Made by a program: the position numbers and the translations under genes. A stretch of DNA of 63,343 nt, counting the filler, from Neoconidiobolus thromboides FSU 785 (Eukaryota; Fungi; Entomophthoromycota), in NCBI GenBank assembly GCA_025603075.1. It is 11 parts of 11 records of this genome, joined end to end, with 100 filler letters (N's around TTAATTAATTAA, not from the genome) between each part and the next. Parts side by side here need not be neighbours in the genome. Positions count along the whole stretch, not along the records: positions 10,827 to 28,689 come from MU626576.1; 10 more parts are not named here. One strand, written 5' to 3'. This document shows, piece after piece, positions 10,846 through 23,462 of this stretch. The first letter of the stretch is position 1; the number at the start of each line of letters is the position of its first letter. Under the pieces are notes generated by a model that searched no databases, had not been told where the DNA came from, and saw only the letters and a list, made by a program, of their open reading frames with translations.

Positions 10846-12144
10846 TTAACTTAATAAATTTGGAGCATATAGAGAGATAAAGGCTGAGAAATTAGGCATC
10901 CTTGGGCACTCAAGTTTTAGTAAATTATTTAGTTTGAAATCTGTTAACTCCAAATTAAAGGTATTACCAATCATCTCATTATTGTATATGTTACTCATAT
11001 TAGTACGAATAATCAACTGAGTGAGATTAAGTTGCATATTTAGAAAGTTTAAAAAATCCAAATTAAAAGGTGAATCAGCTAGTCCAATTTCAATATGATT
11101 AATATTAAATCTAGTGGATAGATATGTAAATTGTTTCAATGAAAAGTAATGAACACACTTGAAATGCTTTAATCTTTTCAAATGTGTAAAAATATTTAAT
11201 AAATTTGGTTCGATCTCTTGGTTTTGATAATGAGTAAAGTCGACAACTTGGAGAGTCAACTTGACTAAGTTTGGGAATTGTTGGTAATTTACTTGAGTCA
11301 ATAAATCAATTGACAGTTCGCTCAAGTTATACCATATTTCGTCTGATTTAAATAGGTGCTGTGGAAAATAATCATAATTGTTAAAGATAATAATAGCTAA
11401 ACCATTTAAATTGTTAAAATTGTGCTTTGATAATTTAAATTGATTAAAATTGTTATTCCAATTAAAACTTAAACTAAATGCTTTTAATTGTAAAAACCTA
11501 CCATTAGTAATGTTAGTCAAAAACAAGTCATTATTCACACGTTCATTATTATAAATGTTCAATTTGTTTAAATTGATAAACTTTTTACTTATCATTTCGA
11601 TTATATTACTATTCACTTCATTTTTGACTCGAATCATATTCAATTCTTTTAAATTAAAATGATCCATTTGAGATAACATCGTTTCAATATTATTAACTGA
11701 CTCTTTATCATTATTACCATGAACAGTGATATATTTTAACTTGTTAAAGACATCAGTTAATTCTTTATCACCTTTATTAAATAAGCTGAATTTGAAATTA
11801 TAAAAAGTTAACATTTTCAAATACTTAAAGTGACCAACCAATGATATAAACTCTTGCTTTCCCTCAATCATTTTCTCATGCATTATAACTAAACCATTTA
11901 AATTCCTAAATTCCTTAATATCTTTCAAATATTCTTCATAATAAACCACATGTTGTACCAAATGGCTATACTTTCGACAATAGTTCAAATTGTTGTCGTC
12001 TATTGTTAAAACCTGATAAAAATAAACTTCTTTTAGTAGTTGATTCCACAGTTTACAAACCATTTGATACTGAATCCTTTGGATTGGATCAAAGCACCTG
12101 AATATTTCTATTAATATATTGGATGGTAATAAATTTATTTTCAT
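10846..12144 (-). CDS. F-box / leucine-rich-repeat-like protein (432 aa ORF)
   Basis: N-terminal F-box pattern LLPSNILIEIFRCF...VCKLWNQLL, followed by L/N/F-rich LxxLxL repeats. The C-terminus lies next to a gap and may be incomplete. Confidence 0.8.
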   Translation of the reverse strand: MKINLLPSNILIEIFRCFDPIQRIQYQMVCKLWNQLLKEVYFYQVLTIDDNNLNYCRKYSHLVQHVVYYEEYLKDIKEFRNLNGLVIMHEKMIEGKQEFISLVGHFKYLKMLTFYNFKFSLFNKGDKELTDVFNKLKYITVHGNNDKESVNNIETMLSQMDHFNLKELNMIRVKNEVNSNIIEMISKKFINLNKLNIYNNERVNNDLFLTNITNGRFLQLKAFSLSFNWNNNFNQFKLSKHNFNNLNGLAIIIFNNYDYFPQHLFKSDEIWYNLSELSIDLLTQVNYQQFPNLVKLTLQVVDFTHYQNQEIEPNLLNIFTHLKRLKHFKCVHYFSLKQFTYLSTRFNINHIEIGLADSPFNLDFLNFLNMQLNLTQLIIRTNMSNIYNNEMIGNTFNLELTDFKLNNLLKLECPRMPNFSAFISLYAPNLLS

Positions 12145-12542
12145 TTTAAAATTATGATATCAAAAAAGTTTATTTTATCTTGCTAAAGTAAGCTTTTTAG
12201 TTTTTAAAGCTGTTAGCCAATGAAACATAAATTTAAAAAATAACAAATTTACAAAATCAAATTGCAAGTTATTACAAAGGCTTTTTACTAGCAATAAATT
12301 ATATAGACATGTAAATCAAAGATATTAGCAAATTTATAAAAGTTCCCATTACTTTGACTTTGGTACTGACTTTTTTATTTTATAATTTAGGAAAACAAAC
12401 AAAAACTAACCTTTTTTTAGCAAGATTTTCTAAATCTATCAACTGTCCAATCAGATTGATTTCTATCAACACTTAAGCAAAATATGCATGTTTACTATCT
12501 AACTTGTCAAATAAATTGTTTTTGTTCATAAAAAATCCAAGT

Positions 12543-15500
12543 ATGAGCAACTCGCCACCGCCAGTCAAGAAAATAAGGCGGCATTCAAGTAAAGAGCCCC
12601 GGAAATTTTACGATCCGAGCAGTTTAGAGGTTTTTTCAATATACTTAGCTAATAGCCATTACTTACTAATTTAAAGGTAAAAATCGAAGAGTTTCAAAAA
12701 GAAGCTATTTATCGTCAACTTTTGGAATATAAAAGAGATGTTAGCAGATTAGAAGCTCAAGGAAAAGATAATCTCGCGCGTCGCGAAGCTAGGGAAGAGC
12801 AGGTTGGTGTTGTTTTATCAGAACTTCAATTGGTATGGATTATTTGAATATTTGTTTTTATAAAAGAACTAATAAAAACAGATTTATGACCAACTTGAGA
12901 GCTTGTTTGAAGAACTCGGAGTTTCTGAAGGAATACATAGATTTGGTATTAATTGAAAAATAGATGCAAAATTAAACTAATAAATTTTGCTAGATTCACT
13001 TGAACTTTTAGGTCAAATCCTTGATAACCAAATTGAAATTAATGACTTTAAAAGGAAGCTCGGATCGCAACGAAACTCAACTGTCAATCTATTTTGTCAT
13101 ATCAAGAATTTACTTAACAATTTACATAAAAATAGCCGAGACTTAAATAATAAAATTAATAGCTCAAAAGGTAAGTTGGTTAATTTCTAAAGTATACATT
13201 CTAAAAAAAATTAGATAATCAAGATAAAACTGCTTCAATTAAGGTTTTTCTGGAAAGTCAAATTAAATTACTAAATGATATTGGAGATTTATCGAATTCA
13301 TCTAAAGAATTAAATGAAGTTGATAAACTCAAGGAACAGGTATTAGTTTATTTATAAACTAAAGTATTGTTGTATTGATTTGTTAGGTTCGGTTTTTACA
13401 ATCAGAGAAAAAGAGTGATGAGCAAGAAATTTTAAGTAAAAATGAGAAAATTGAAGAAATGACTGATAAATTAAAATCATTGGAAAAGAGTGTTGATCGA
13501 CTTCGAATGGAATTAAGTAAGAAGCCAAAGGATGTTGAAACTAGTGAGAAAGAAGCCGAAGTAGTACTATATTTAGAAATTAAGTAAATTATTTATCATT
13601 TATTTCCAGAAACCAGAAGTTGTCAATCTTCTTAATGATAAAGTCCTCGAAGATTTAAAAGAAAAGTATGGAAAAGAGATCAAACAATTAAGAGAAGAGA
13701 AGGCAGAATTATCATCACAGCTTGATGTAGCCAGAACTAAAGTAAGTAACTAGTATTTTTATATCTTATTTTAAACAATTATAGTCACATGATGTGCCGG
13801 AAGAAGCTATTCGTGCGAGCTATGTGTACAAAGATGCAGTTATACAGGCAAACCATTTTGAACATGAACTTGAAAACCAATTTAAAAGAAACAACGCTTT
13901 AAAAGCAGAAATCGATCTTCTTTTACAAGAAAAGTCCGAATCTTTGGAACGATATTTGGTAACTATAGCTAATTGATCAGAAATCCTTACTAATTTATTT
14001 AATTAGCATGAAGAAAAAATTCGTCAAGAAACAATTGAAAAGGAACTTAAGAAAGTTGTAGCAGACGTAAGTAAATTTAAATCACATAGGGACCATTTAT
14101 TAGCTGAGCTTAATCGAGTTCAAAATCGCGAAAATATCGATCTTAAGGAAAAATCCGAGTTAAGAACTTTAGTTACATCACATGGAGTAATATTGTTTAA
14201 ATATATTAATTTGATTATAATAATATGTTTTAGCTTCTTATACAACAGCTTAAATCAGAGAATCAGAGATTTAGGAAAGTATTAGGCTATTATAAAAAAG
14301 ATAAAGAGGCTATAGAATACATAGAAAGGAATCCAGAAGTGCTAAACATTATTGATCCATATTCTACAATCACGTATAGTTTTATACTATTTAATATAAA
14401 ACAACTGACACATTTTAGTGAGCTTCAAAATGAGAACAAGGATCTAAAAGAAAAGTTTAATGCTCTAATGAAAACATTAAATGATAGTCATGATACAGAC
14501 GAAGTAATCATAATTTTTTTATAAAAATGGCATACAATTAATTTAATTACAGTTTTTTAAACAAAACAAAGGTTTGGTAGATAAAGTCTTTAATTTAAAT
14601 AAGGAAAATTCTAGGCTCGTAGAAAAGCTTAGTCTTGTTGAAGGGAAAGAGAAAGAAGCTTTAGCTGCTGAGATTGTAGAACTTAAAGAGAAGGTCGAAG
14701 AATTGATAAGGCTACAAACCGCTCTCGAAGAAGTAAACTAATCTATATATTTAGAAATTATGTACTAAAACTGATTAGGGTGAAGCTAAAGCGCAAAAAG
14801 AAGTTGATCTTCTCAAGGATTCTATATATGAACTCAATACATCACATCTTAGTAAAATGACTCTTTTAAGGAATAAAGAAGATCAGATAATATTTGCCAA
14901 TGAAGAGGTATTTTAAATTTATCATTAAAAAAAGGCAAGGCTAAATCAATTTCAGAAAGCCAAACTTGAGGTTCGATTTACTAGAATTTCTAAGGATAAT
15001 GAAAACTTCAACTATTTAACCTCTACACTGAAAAATCAAACGGAGAAATTAAAAGAATACATACGTAAATTAGAAGATCAATCTAAAGCTTTGACTTTCC
15101 AATTGGTTAGCAAATTTTGATATTTTTAAATTTATCTAATAAGATTTAGAAAACAATGGAACGGGAAATCAACGTTAACAGTGAAGCTAGAGATCATATG
15201 GAAGAAAGATTAAAGTCTCTTTCACGACTTAATCATGAATTTAAAGATCAAAGAATGAATATGCTCGAAAAAATTTCAGAGGTATGATATATTGCTAATA
15301 ATATAGAAAGAGATTAATTATAGTATTAGCTTGAATCTGTTGTTCATAAAAAAACTCATCTATTGGAAGAAGAAATCAATTCAAAGAATCGCTTAAATGA
15401 CGAAGTGACAGTGTTGAAAGGGAAATTGAAAGCATTAAGTTCTAGAACTTCAAAAGATGAGAGCGAGGATTTAAAGGAAACTTTAAAACAATATAGGGTA

Positions 15501-15716
15501 ATCAATAATAACCTAACTTTTTTAAATCTAAACATTTTTTAGTCATTGATGACTTGTCCAACTTGCGATATGAGATTTAAAAGTCATGTTCTTGTACGTT
15601 GCATGCATGTATTTTGTAAACAATGTATTGACTCTAGGTTAGAAACTAGACAACGTAAGTGTCCAACTTGTAATGAGTCTTTTGGTGCTAATGACGTTAA
15701 GACTATCTATCTATAA
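12543..15716 (+). CDS. BRE1: E3 ubiquitin ligase Bre1 (histone H2B monoubiquitination), multi-exon
   Basis: N-terminal FQKEAIYRQLLEYKR, long coiled-coil exons, and C-terminal RING CPTCDMRFKSHVLVRCMHVFCKQCIDSRLETRQRKCPTCNESFGANDVKTIYL*. Confidence 0.92.
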
Positions 15717-15905
15717 GATTTAGCTCATTATTTTAACATTGTCAAACGTAAATCAAATTAAAAAGCATAAGTTAATTTATATTATTTCTATGTTATTAAT
15801 TATACTTAGTTCACAAATTCAAATTTATTAAAATTAGCTACTATTTAACTTTAAATATCTAAAGTTTGTTAAAAATTTATTAAAATTAAAGTTAGAAATT
15901 GGGAG

Positions 15906-16643
15906 TTATATTAAACCATCATAAATATTTAAAGCTTTAAGTATTTCTTGATCTTTTTGAGCCCCTTCTTTAAACTCATTAAAGTTTAACTTATCATCAT
16001 GATTTTTATCCATCATTGAAAATATCTTATCCACTCGCATTGTTGGAGTAGCTTCATCCTCTGGTAAATGTACCATACTTCCCACCATTTTATAGATCGC
16101 ATTGACTATTTGAAGCATCTCGTCCCTGGTTATGTACCCATCTTTATCAATGTCATATAGTTGAAAAGCCCCTAAAGAATAAATTATATTCATCTTAAAA
16201 GTATAAAATTAAGCACTTACACTCTAACTTTTCATCTGGGTTACCACGGGTGGTGATAGATAACGCGCATATGAATTCTTTAAAGTCAATCGCTCCATTT
16301 TTATTCACATCAAATACGTCAAATGAGTATGTAGCAAACTCAGTTGCATCTCCAAAGGGAAAAAACTGTTTATAAATCTTCAAGAATTCGGTCCGGTCCA
16401 GTTGCCCGCTGGGACACTCTTGGATAAATCCTTTGTACCTAAAAAGTATGTCAAGGCCTAAAGCTATGAGTTTATACTTTATTAAATGTTACCATTGTTG
16501 TAGCTCTTTTTTATCAACTATATTAAATAAATGGGTTAAATTATTAAGTTTCTATTTATTATGGATGGTAAATGTTTACAATAAGTTATTTTTTGTAACT
16601 CGGCTGCTTGATCTGGAGTCAATTTACTGTTCTGTTTTCCCAT
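15906..16643 (-). CDS. FRQ1: Neuronal calcium sensor / frequenin (N-myristoylated EF-hand protein)
   Basis: [12 protein letters not shown]..., [96 protein letters not shown]. Confidence 0.96.
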
Positions 16644-17549
16644 TCTACTTTAAAAATTATGAAGTTATTAAAAGTGCAAAGTTATTAAAATATAAGTTAT
16701 CATTGTCTCTTTTTATACTTTTAAAACTAGTAAATACTTAATTTCTATTTAGAATTTTAAAGCTTCCAAATTGTTGGTTTACTCATCATTGAATCACTTA
16801 AGGATGATTTTTGGATTTTTCTAATTTTTTTTGTCTTAGTGGTTGTTTCAAAGCTGAGAGTTTGGAATATCATTTTGAACTTGCATTTAAGGCGCTTAGT
16901 GTTTAGTGTAAATGTTTTTGGGCTTTAAACTAAGTCCAGTTTAGCTTTAGGATTGCTCTTCTTTTTATATATTTGGTGACATCATGAATGAAGGTGTTGA
17001 TGGGTTGTTAGGAGGTTGAAGGATGCAGATTTATTAACTATTATAACATGAGAGGACTTATCATTAAGATTCGCTGCTCCCTTCTCAACTTCTATAAGTA
17101 CTTGTTAAAATAATAAATGACTTTTTTTTACTAATAGTTTTAAGTATATTAATTTGATTTATAATTGAGAACAAAATATTTGTTCCAGTCTCAATGGTCC
17201 TATTTATTAAAAGTTAATTATATTTCAGACAAATGGAGTTAAGGTTTTTTTAAAGTTTTTTAAAGCCTTTTAATTATAGTAAAATTACTCTTTTCAAAGA
17301 GATCATGATCATACTAAAGCAACCTACGCTTATTCCTTTAAATGGAAAGCTACTAAACAAGTAAATTTAAAAACAAAGAACACTAAGTCTGTTAAAAATG
17401 CCGTTTTAATATATTTTCTAGCATAAGCCATAAAGTTTGAAGCTTTTTTGATATACAATAGTTCCTTGAGCTTTAAGTTAGTAATTTCTATTTATTAAGA
17501 ATTCTATATACAAAGATTTATTTAGTATTTTAATTTTGTATTATTATAA

Positions 17550-17737
17550 GAGTTCGGCTTCACCCTGCGGTAGTGCAATACAAGGGAAACCTGTGGAGAG
17601 GCATTGAGCAAGCCCAATGCTTTCTCCGAAAACCAAAGATTGAGTTAATAACATTTAAGTCCGTAGACTTAATTTCAGTTATTAAACTGAAAAGAACAGA
17701 TACTACACTTGATCTTAGCCAAAAGGCTTGAGAGGAT
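17550..17737 (-). ncRNA. U2 spliceosomal snRNA
   Basis: Reverse complement ATCCTCTCAAGCCTTTTGGCTAAGATCAAGTGTAGTATCTGTTCTTTTCAG carries the branch-point recognition GTAGTA. Stem-loops IIa, IIb and III are present, as is stem-loop IV with loop ATTGCACTAC. Confidence 0.96.
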
Positions 17738-17768
17738 TGTAAAGATCAATCAATGAGAGCGATTACTG

Positions 17769-17813
17769 TTTTATACAGTGGGAGAGATTATGTCAAGGTT
17801 CTAGTTGTGGGAT
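17769..17813 (-). promoter_or_regulatory. Putative U2 promoter: TATAAAA (~-38 to -32) and ATCCCACAACT (~-76 to -66)
   Basis: Positions counted from the U2 5' end; resembles the USE+TATA architecture of plant snRNA genes. Single example, inferred. Confidence 0.4.
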
Positions 17814-18208
17814 TGCTTAAATAATTTTACTCTTGCAAAACATACTTAATTGGCTAGAGTTCAAAACTCGGGGAAGCCAATTAAATGATAGTTAAGGAAA
17901 AAATTTATTTTGTAGAAAAAAAATTGAATTCAAAAAATCAAAACTAAAGCAAAGACCTACCAGTAGATAGTTCAACAATTTTAGCTTATTTTATAACTTT
18001 CAGTATTTGGATATACTAATTTACAATTAATATTTGATAGAGGAAATGTTATAGTTAAAGTTAAAGTTATAATGAAGAAACAATGTTAATGAAGAAATAG
18101 CTAAAGGTTCATACACAATTAAATTTCCATTTAAAATTCTATCAAATCAAAAAAAGCTCAAAACAAAATCAAAAAAATGTATCAAATCTTTTTACCTTTC
18201 TTTACAAA

Positions 18209-20670
18209 ATGGCCGAGAAAAAAAAGATGTAAATCATATTAACACCAAACCCAACACGAGCCAACTAACACTAAGAATAGTATCTGTTTTGGAAGCATCA
18301 ATGGAGCCTTTGAAAAACTGGCAGAAAAAATGAAAGCATTAGAATCCAGTAAGAGTGGGCCATTTGATTTATTTTTAATTACTGGCGCACTTTTCGATGA
18401 TAAAGATAAAGAAGGAAGCGATATAATAGCTAAAAGGTTGGTTGCTGGAGAGTTTAATTGTAAGTCTAAGTTTCTTGAAATATAACTAAAGATGTGAAGG
18501 ATTGCAAAAGGTCACAAGTTATTAAATAGTGTACTAAATGCTGATTTGCTCTTTTAGTCCCAGTACCAACTTATTTCATTGGAACTGAACAGCCATTCCC
18601 GGCTAAATTTCAAGAGTGCTTTTCTGATAATAAATATACTGTTTGTAATAACTTTACTTTTTTGGGTAAGGATTAATTTATGAAGATAAACAAAATTTAA
18701 TTTTTTATTTCAGGAAAAAAAGGAGTTATGAATACAATAAGTGGAGTTAAGATTGGATTTTTAAGTGGAAGCTATAAGGAAGAAATAGTAAGAGATGTAA
18801 TTCAAATAGAGACAATAGTTGCTAATAATTTTAAACAAAGGCTATTAAAAATATAGAAAGCAATTACCATGAATATTGTGATAAAGAGATCAATGAGTTA
18901 GCTTCTGAAGCCAAGAAAGATTACATTGATGTATTATTAACGAATGAGTGGCCTTTAGGGCTTGAAAAATACTCAGAGAAGGGACCAGAGCTAATGAATA
19001 CAAGGGTTAATTATAGCACAACAGTAACTAAATTAGTACAGTACTATCAGCCTAAGTATCATTTTATTTCAAATGGCGATACTTACTTTGAAAGAGAACC
19101 TTATCTTACTAAGATTAATGATAACGAGTTTTTAGCTACTAGAATTATTTCATTGAATCACTTTAATAATTCAAAAGCTAAAAAAGTATTTTTTTTTGTT
19201 CATATTTTATAGAGTTGATTTATTTTTCAAATTAATAGAATATCTATGCGTTTAACCTCCATGCAGGAAAAGTAACTTACACGAATGAAACGTTACCATC
19301 AAAAACTACAGAGAATCCGTTTAGCTCAGAAAATGGGAGCAAAAGAAGTTCAGAAATGGTAATTAATATTCAAACAATAAGTTTATTGCTATTGCTGATA
19401 CTTTTATTGTTATTAAAAAAACTTAATACTATTGACAGCCATTTTGTCGACTATAATTATCGTTTCATAATTGTTGTTAACCATTTATTTATTTAGTTAG
19501 AACCTTCTTCATTCTTCTTTGGTCAAAATGTTCCACCAAATAAAAAAGCCAATTTGCCGCCCAATTATATTTGCAAAAAATGTAAACAACCAGGTCATCT
19601 GGTAAGAGATTGTCCTAACACTGGAAATACTACAAAAGGTAATCAGAAATTTAATAAGTTTTATAAAATAAAGTTAAATTTTACTATAGATGATATTCCA
19701 CCAGAAGGTTACATTTGTAAAATCTGTAATATCCCTGGGCACTATATCAAAAATTGTACCAATGGTGCTAAGAACGCTAGCAGTAATATTCAATTAATAA
19801 TGAGTTACTTAATTTAATAATTTTGTATTAATAGGCAGGGATACAAGCCAATGCTGGTTCTGTGTAGCTAACGAAAATATAAGCAAAGAGTTGATCGTCT
19901 CTATTGGTACCGAGTTTTATAGCTCAATAGCTAAAGGAAGTTTGATTGATCCATTTTCAAAAGATTGTATCATTCCAGGCGGCGGCAACCTTCTTTTATT
20001 GCCCATTGAGCATGAAACGAACTTACAAAAGGCACAGATAAATAACAAAAGCTTCAAGAAGGAGCTTGATGAGTACAAGTCAGCATTGAGAACTCATTTT
20101 AATGCATACAATTGTTCCCCAATCTTCTTTGAGATCAACCGCCCATTTACTAATACACATGTTCATATTCAAGTAACGATTTTCATTTTATTTTTTTTAG
20201 TTTGTTTATGATTTGTTTAGGTCATTCCAGTACCAAATGACCTCGAGTCTTCGTTGCAGCAGGCATTTATAGACCATTTTAATCAAGATGGATTTAGCTT
20301 AGTTGAGGATTTTAAAGTAATTTTATATCAATATTATCTTTCTTGTTTTAATTCATTCTACTAGCCAAGTGTAGAAGCACCATATCTATCTATTGAGTTA
20401 GCGGACAAGAAGCTATTAGGCTGTCTTATCCCAAGAGGGGCTAGACTTAATCTTCAATTTGCTAGGTAAGATTCATGCTATATGAGTATTTATTGTATGC
20501 TCACTTTTTTATTTAGACACGTGATGGCTCAATTATTAAAAATTCCGGAGAGAGGGGATTGGCGCAAGTGTGTCTATTCAAGCGAAGAGGAAGAAAAAAT
20601 GAAAAGGGAGTTTTTGGACGCTTTCAAAGAGCTTGATCCTTTTAAAGAGGAAGCTTCAGAAGATGATTAG
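18209..20670 (+). CDS. CWF19L1: CWF19-like 1 / Drn1-like protein (inactive metallophosphoesterase N-terminus, two CCHC knuckles, CwfJ C-terminal domains), multi-exon
   Basis: FGSINGAFEKLAEK...SGPFDLFLITG, DVLLTNEWP, YQPKYHF, YFEREPY, WFCVAN...LIVSIG, HVHIQVIPVP, RHVMAQLLKIPERGDWRKC. Confidence 0.85.
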
Positions 20671-21283
20671 ATCCGCATGATTTCACGCTACTTTTATGGA
20701 TGTTTAAGCTATTTTTTATCCTTATAAAGTTTGCCATTTATTTAGGCTGATAGAATAGGCGAACCATTTTACTTGGCTTTAGCTTCCATAATAAAAACTG
20801 ATTATCAAGTATTAAGAAAATATATGCCATTTTGGAGAAAGGAAGTCCTTTGTATTACATAATGTGTACATAAAACTTTGCATATAAATATTTTTTATGT
20901 TGTAATAGTTGATACTTTATAGCTTAAAGCAGACTAAAATTAGCTTTGAAATATTGTTGTTTTCAGTACTGTGTAAAATCGATCCAACTTAAAAGTAAAA
21001 AGCTGTTTTAAGAGATAGTAGAGTAGAGGTATTGGTATATATATTAAGCTATAATTTATACAAAACTAAAATAACCCAAGATATTAATGATCAAATAAAA
21101 TTACAGAAAATAAAAATAAAAAACGTAGAGAATTGCAAAAATATAATTAAAAGCATAAAAATAAGTTTAAAAATATAAATTTTACACCACGAAGCAAAGA
21201 GATTGAAAAAAGAATAGATGGCCAAAAAAATATAACGAGCATTACGTATTACGAGATAAATAAGAGACAGTGTACATTGTTAG

Positions 21284-22767
21284 CTAGTTAAAACTACAAT
21301 CTGAGAATGATCTTCTGGACCTAGTGTCAATATCATATTGCTGAATCGAATTTTCAAGCCCTAATAAATAAATAACTAAAAACAACAAATAATATATTAA
21401 ATTTACCAATGAAAATTGATTTAGAACTGGGTGAAAAACAAAGCCCTGCAATATTTAGATCATAACCTTCAGGTGCTACTCGAACAACTTCGTGTGAGTT
21501 GAACGTACGTGCATCCACAATATTAAAATATGACATATGCTAAACATAAGATTTACTTTTTAATATACACTATAATAAAAACTAATACCTCACTAAAAGC
21601 CATCAAATCAATCGAACCAGTGGTAGAAAATTTAACACATCTTGCAGCACCTTTAGAAGGGGACTAATAATATAAATAAATTTACATCAAATAAAGCAAC
21701 GAAAAAGTTACCTGTTTGCTACAAAATTTAGCAATTGATTTTGTTGACCTTAAATCCCACACATGAACAAACCCATCTTGAAAAGCAGACGCAAACACTT
21801 CACTAGAGTTTTTCCATGCACATGAAAAGCCGGAATCATTTGAACCTGATTAAATTATAATTAATCATAAAAGTGGTTTATCAAACATAACATACCTTGT
21901 AAAACATGCATAAGCTGGTAATCATCTCCGCGAATGTTATATAAAAAGATTTCATTTGTATCCCCAACTGCAACCAATTTCGTTCCATCAGGACTTACAG
22001 AAGCTAAATAAAGCGATTTACTAATGAGTTTTAAAAATTTTGACTTAATCCTTACCATGATTAACAGCTGTAGGGAATCTAAGACACTCCACTTTAACGA
22101 AATCGGGTAGTGAATAAATCTTTATTGATTCATCATTGTTACAAACCAATAATCTCGTTTTTCCATAATGATCATAAATAGATAATGAATTATTAATTGA
22201 ACCACTAACAGAAGTATATACAGACCTTCAAACTTGATTAGCTAATATAATATAAATAAGCAAAAAATAACTACCAGTTTGTTCTCAAGTGCCTTAAAGT
22301 GAGTTGAGCGCGTTGGCCACCAACGGCAAGGTAGCCTTTTCTATTAAAAAATATTAGAAAAACGATTAAATTATTTAGCCTTTTTACCCTATAGTAATTG
22401 AAGCTGGCTCGAATGTAAGATATTTAAGAACTGGGGTGGTCTAAACTTAAATTAATTTAAGTTGTAAATAAATTGAAGTCCTCTTACAATATGTGTTTTA
22501 CAGTTATATTTTAGTACGGAATAATGGTTGACATAATATATCTCGTTTTCATCACCTGGACATGATATTAAATCTCTTAGCTGCCTATAAAAATTAGAAA
22601 CTAAGCTTCAGCCACTGAATGAATTACCAGTGTTGTATTGTCAAACTCTGTTCAAAAACCTTTGGCAAGCCAATTGTAAATTTTGTTTGTTCTTCGCTAA
22701 ATTACTAGTAAGCTAATATTTTTATTAGTCGAAATAAGAGTTACAAATCACTATATTTTATCGTCAT
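21284..22767 (-). CDS. WD40-repeat protein with DUF2415-type C-terminus, multi-exon
   Basis: QHWQLRDLISCP, ASVSPDGTKLVAVGD, FSCAWKNSSEVFASAFQDG, AARCVKFS, YFNIVDARTF, IAGLCFSP. Confidence 0.75.
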
Positions 22768-22981
22768 TATTATTATAAATTTAAAAAATAAAGAAAATCA
22801 AATTTGGCTTAAGCCCTAATAGTAGATGATCTCACTCTCTCCATTAACTTTTTATTGGTTGAATTTGAGCTTATTTTTTTAGTTAAAGTGCTTGATATTT
22901 AACTGCATTTATATTCTCCTATAATTATGATAGAAGTAAATGACTATTATTGGAATAATGTTTTACTAGTATTAATTATAT

Positions 22982-23079
22982 GGGGATGTATTTTTTCGTT
23001 TAAGGATTTTGCTGATAATCTTTCCACTCAAATAGTGCTTAAAAATGGAAAAAGTAATGAAGACAAAAAAAATATCCCC
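22982..23079. mobile_element. MITE copy
   Basis: atat|ggggatgtattttttcgtttaaggatttt ... aaaatatcccc|atat. Confidence 0.88.
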
Positions 23080-23462
23080 ATATATTATTTTTGACTTCAA
23101 TGTATTTCATTGATTTTAGTAATACTTGTTGTATCTATTTATTTAAGTAATAAAAATCTCACATAATAGTATTAATAGATAATAAAAAACATAAGTTTAA
23201 TTTGAAGTTATTAGTATTTAAAACTGTTGTTAAAAATACATAAAACGCCTTAAAATCATAAAATCATAAAATCTACAATAAAAATATAATAAAATATACT
23301 AATTTAAACAAAAACATCACATGTATTTCATCCAACAGATATTCACATCTTTTTCTACTCTGCCTTTTTTGCAAAATGAGTCCAGTATTTACCATAAAAT
23401 TAAGCTTCAAATTATTTAAAATGTCAACCTTCAAAATTTTAGTTCGCTTTTAACAAACCAAA

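Noticed and set aside
20676-20750. Possible box C/D snoRNA after CWF19L1 (ATGATT ... CTGA)
   Set aside because: Imperfect C box, no terminal stem, and no recognisable rRNA complementarity.
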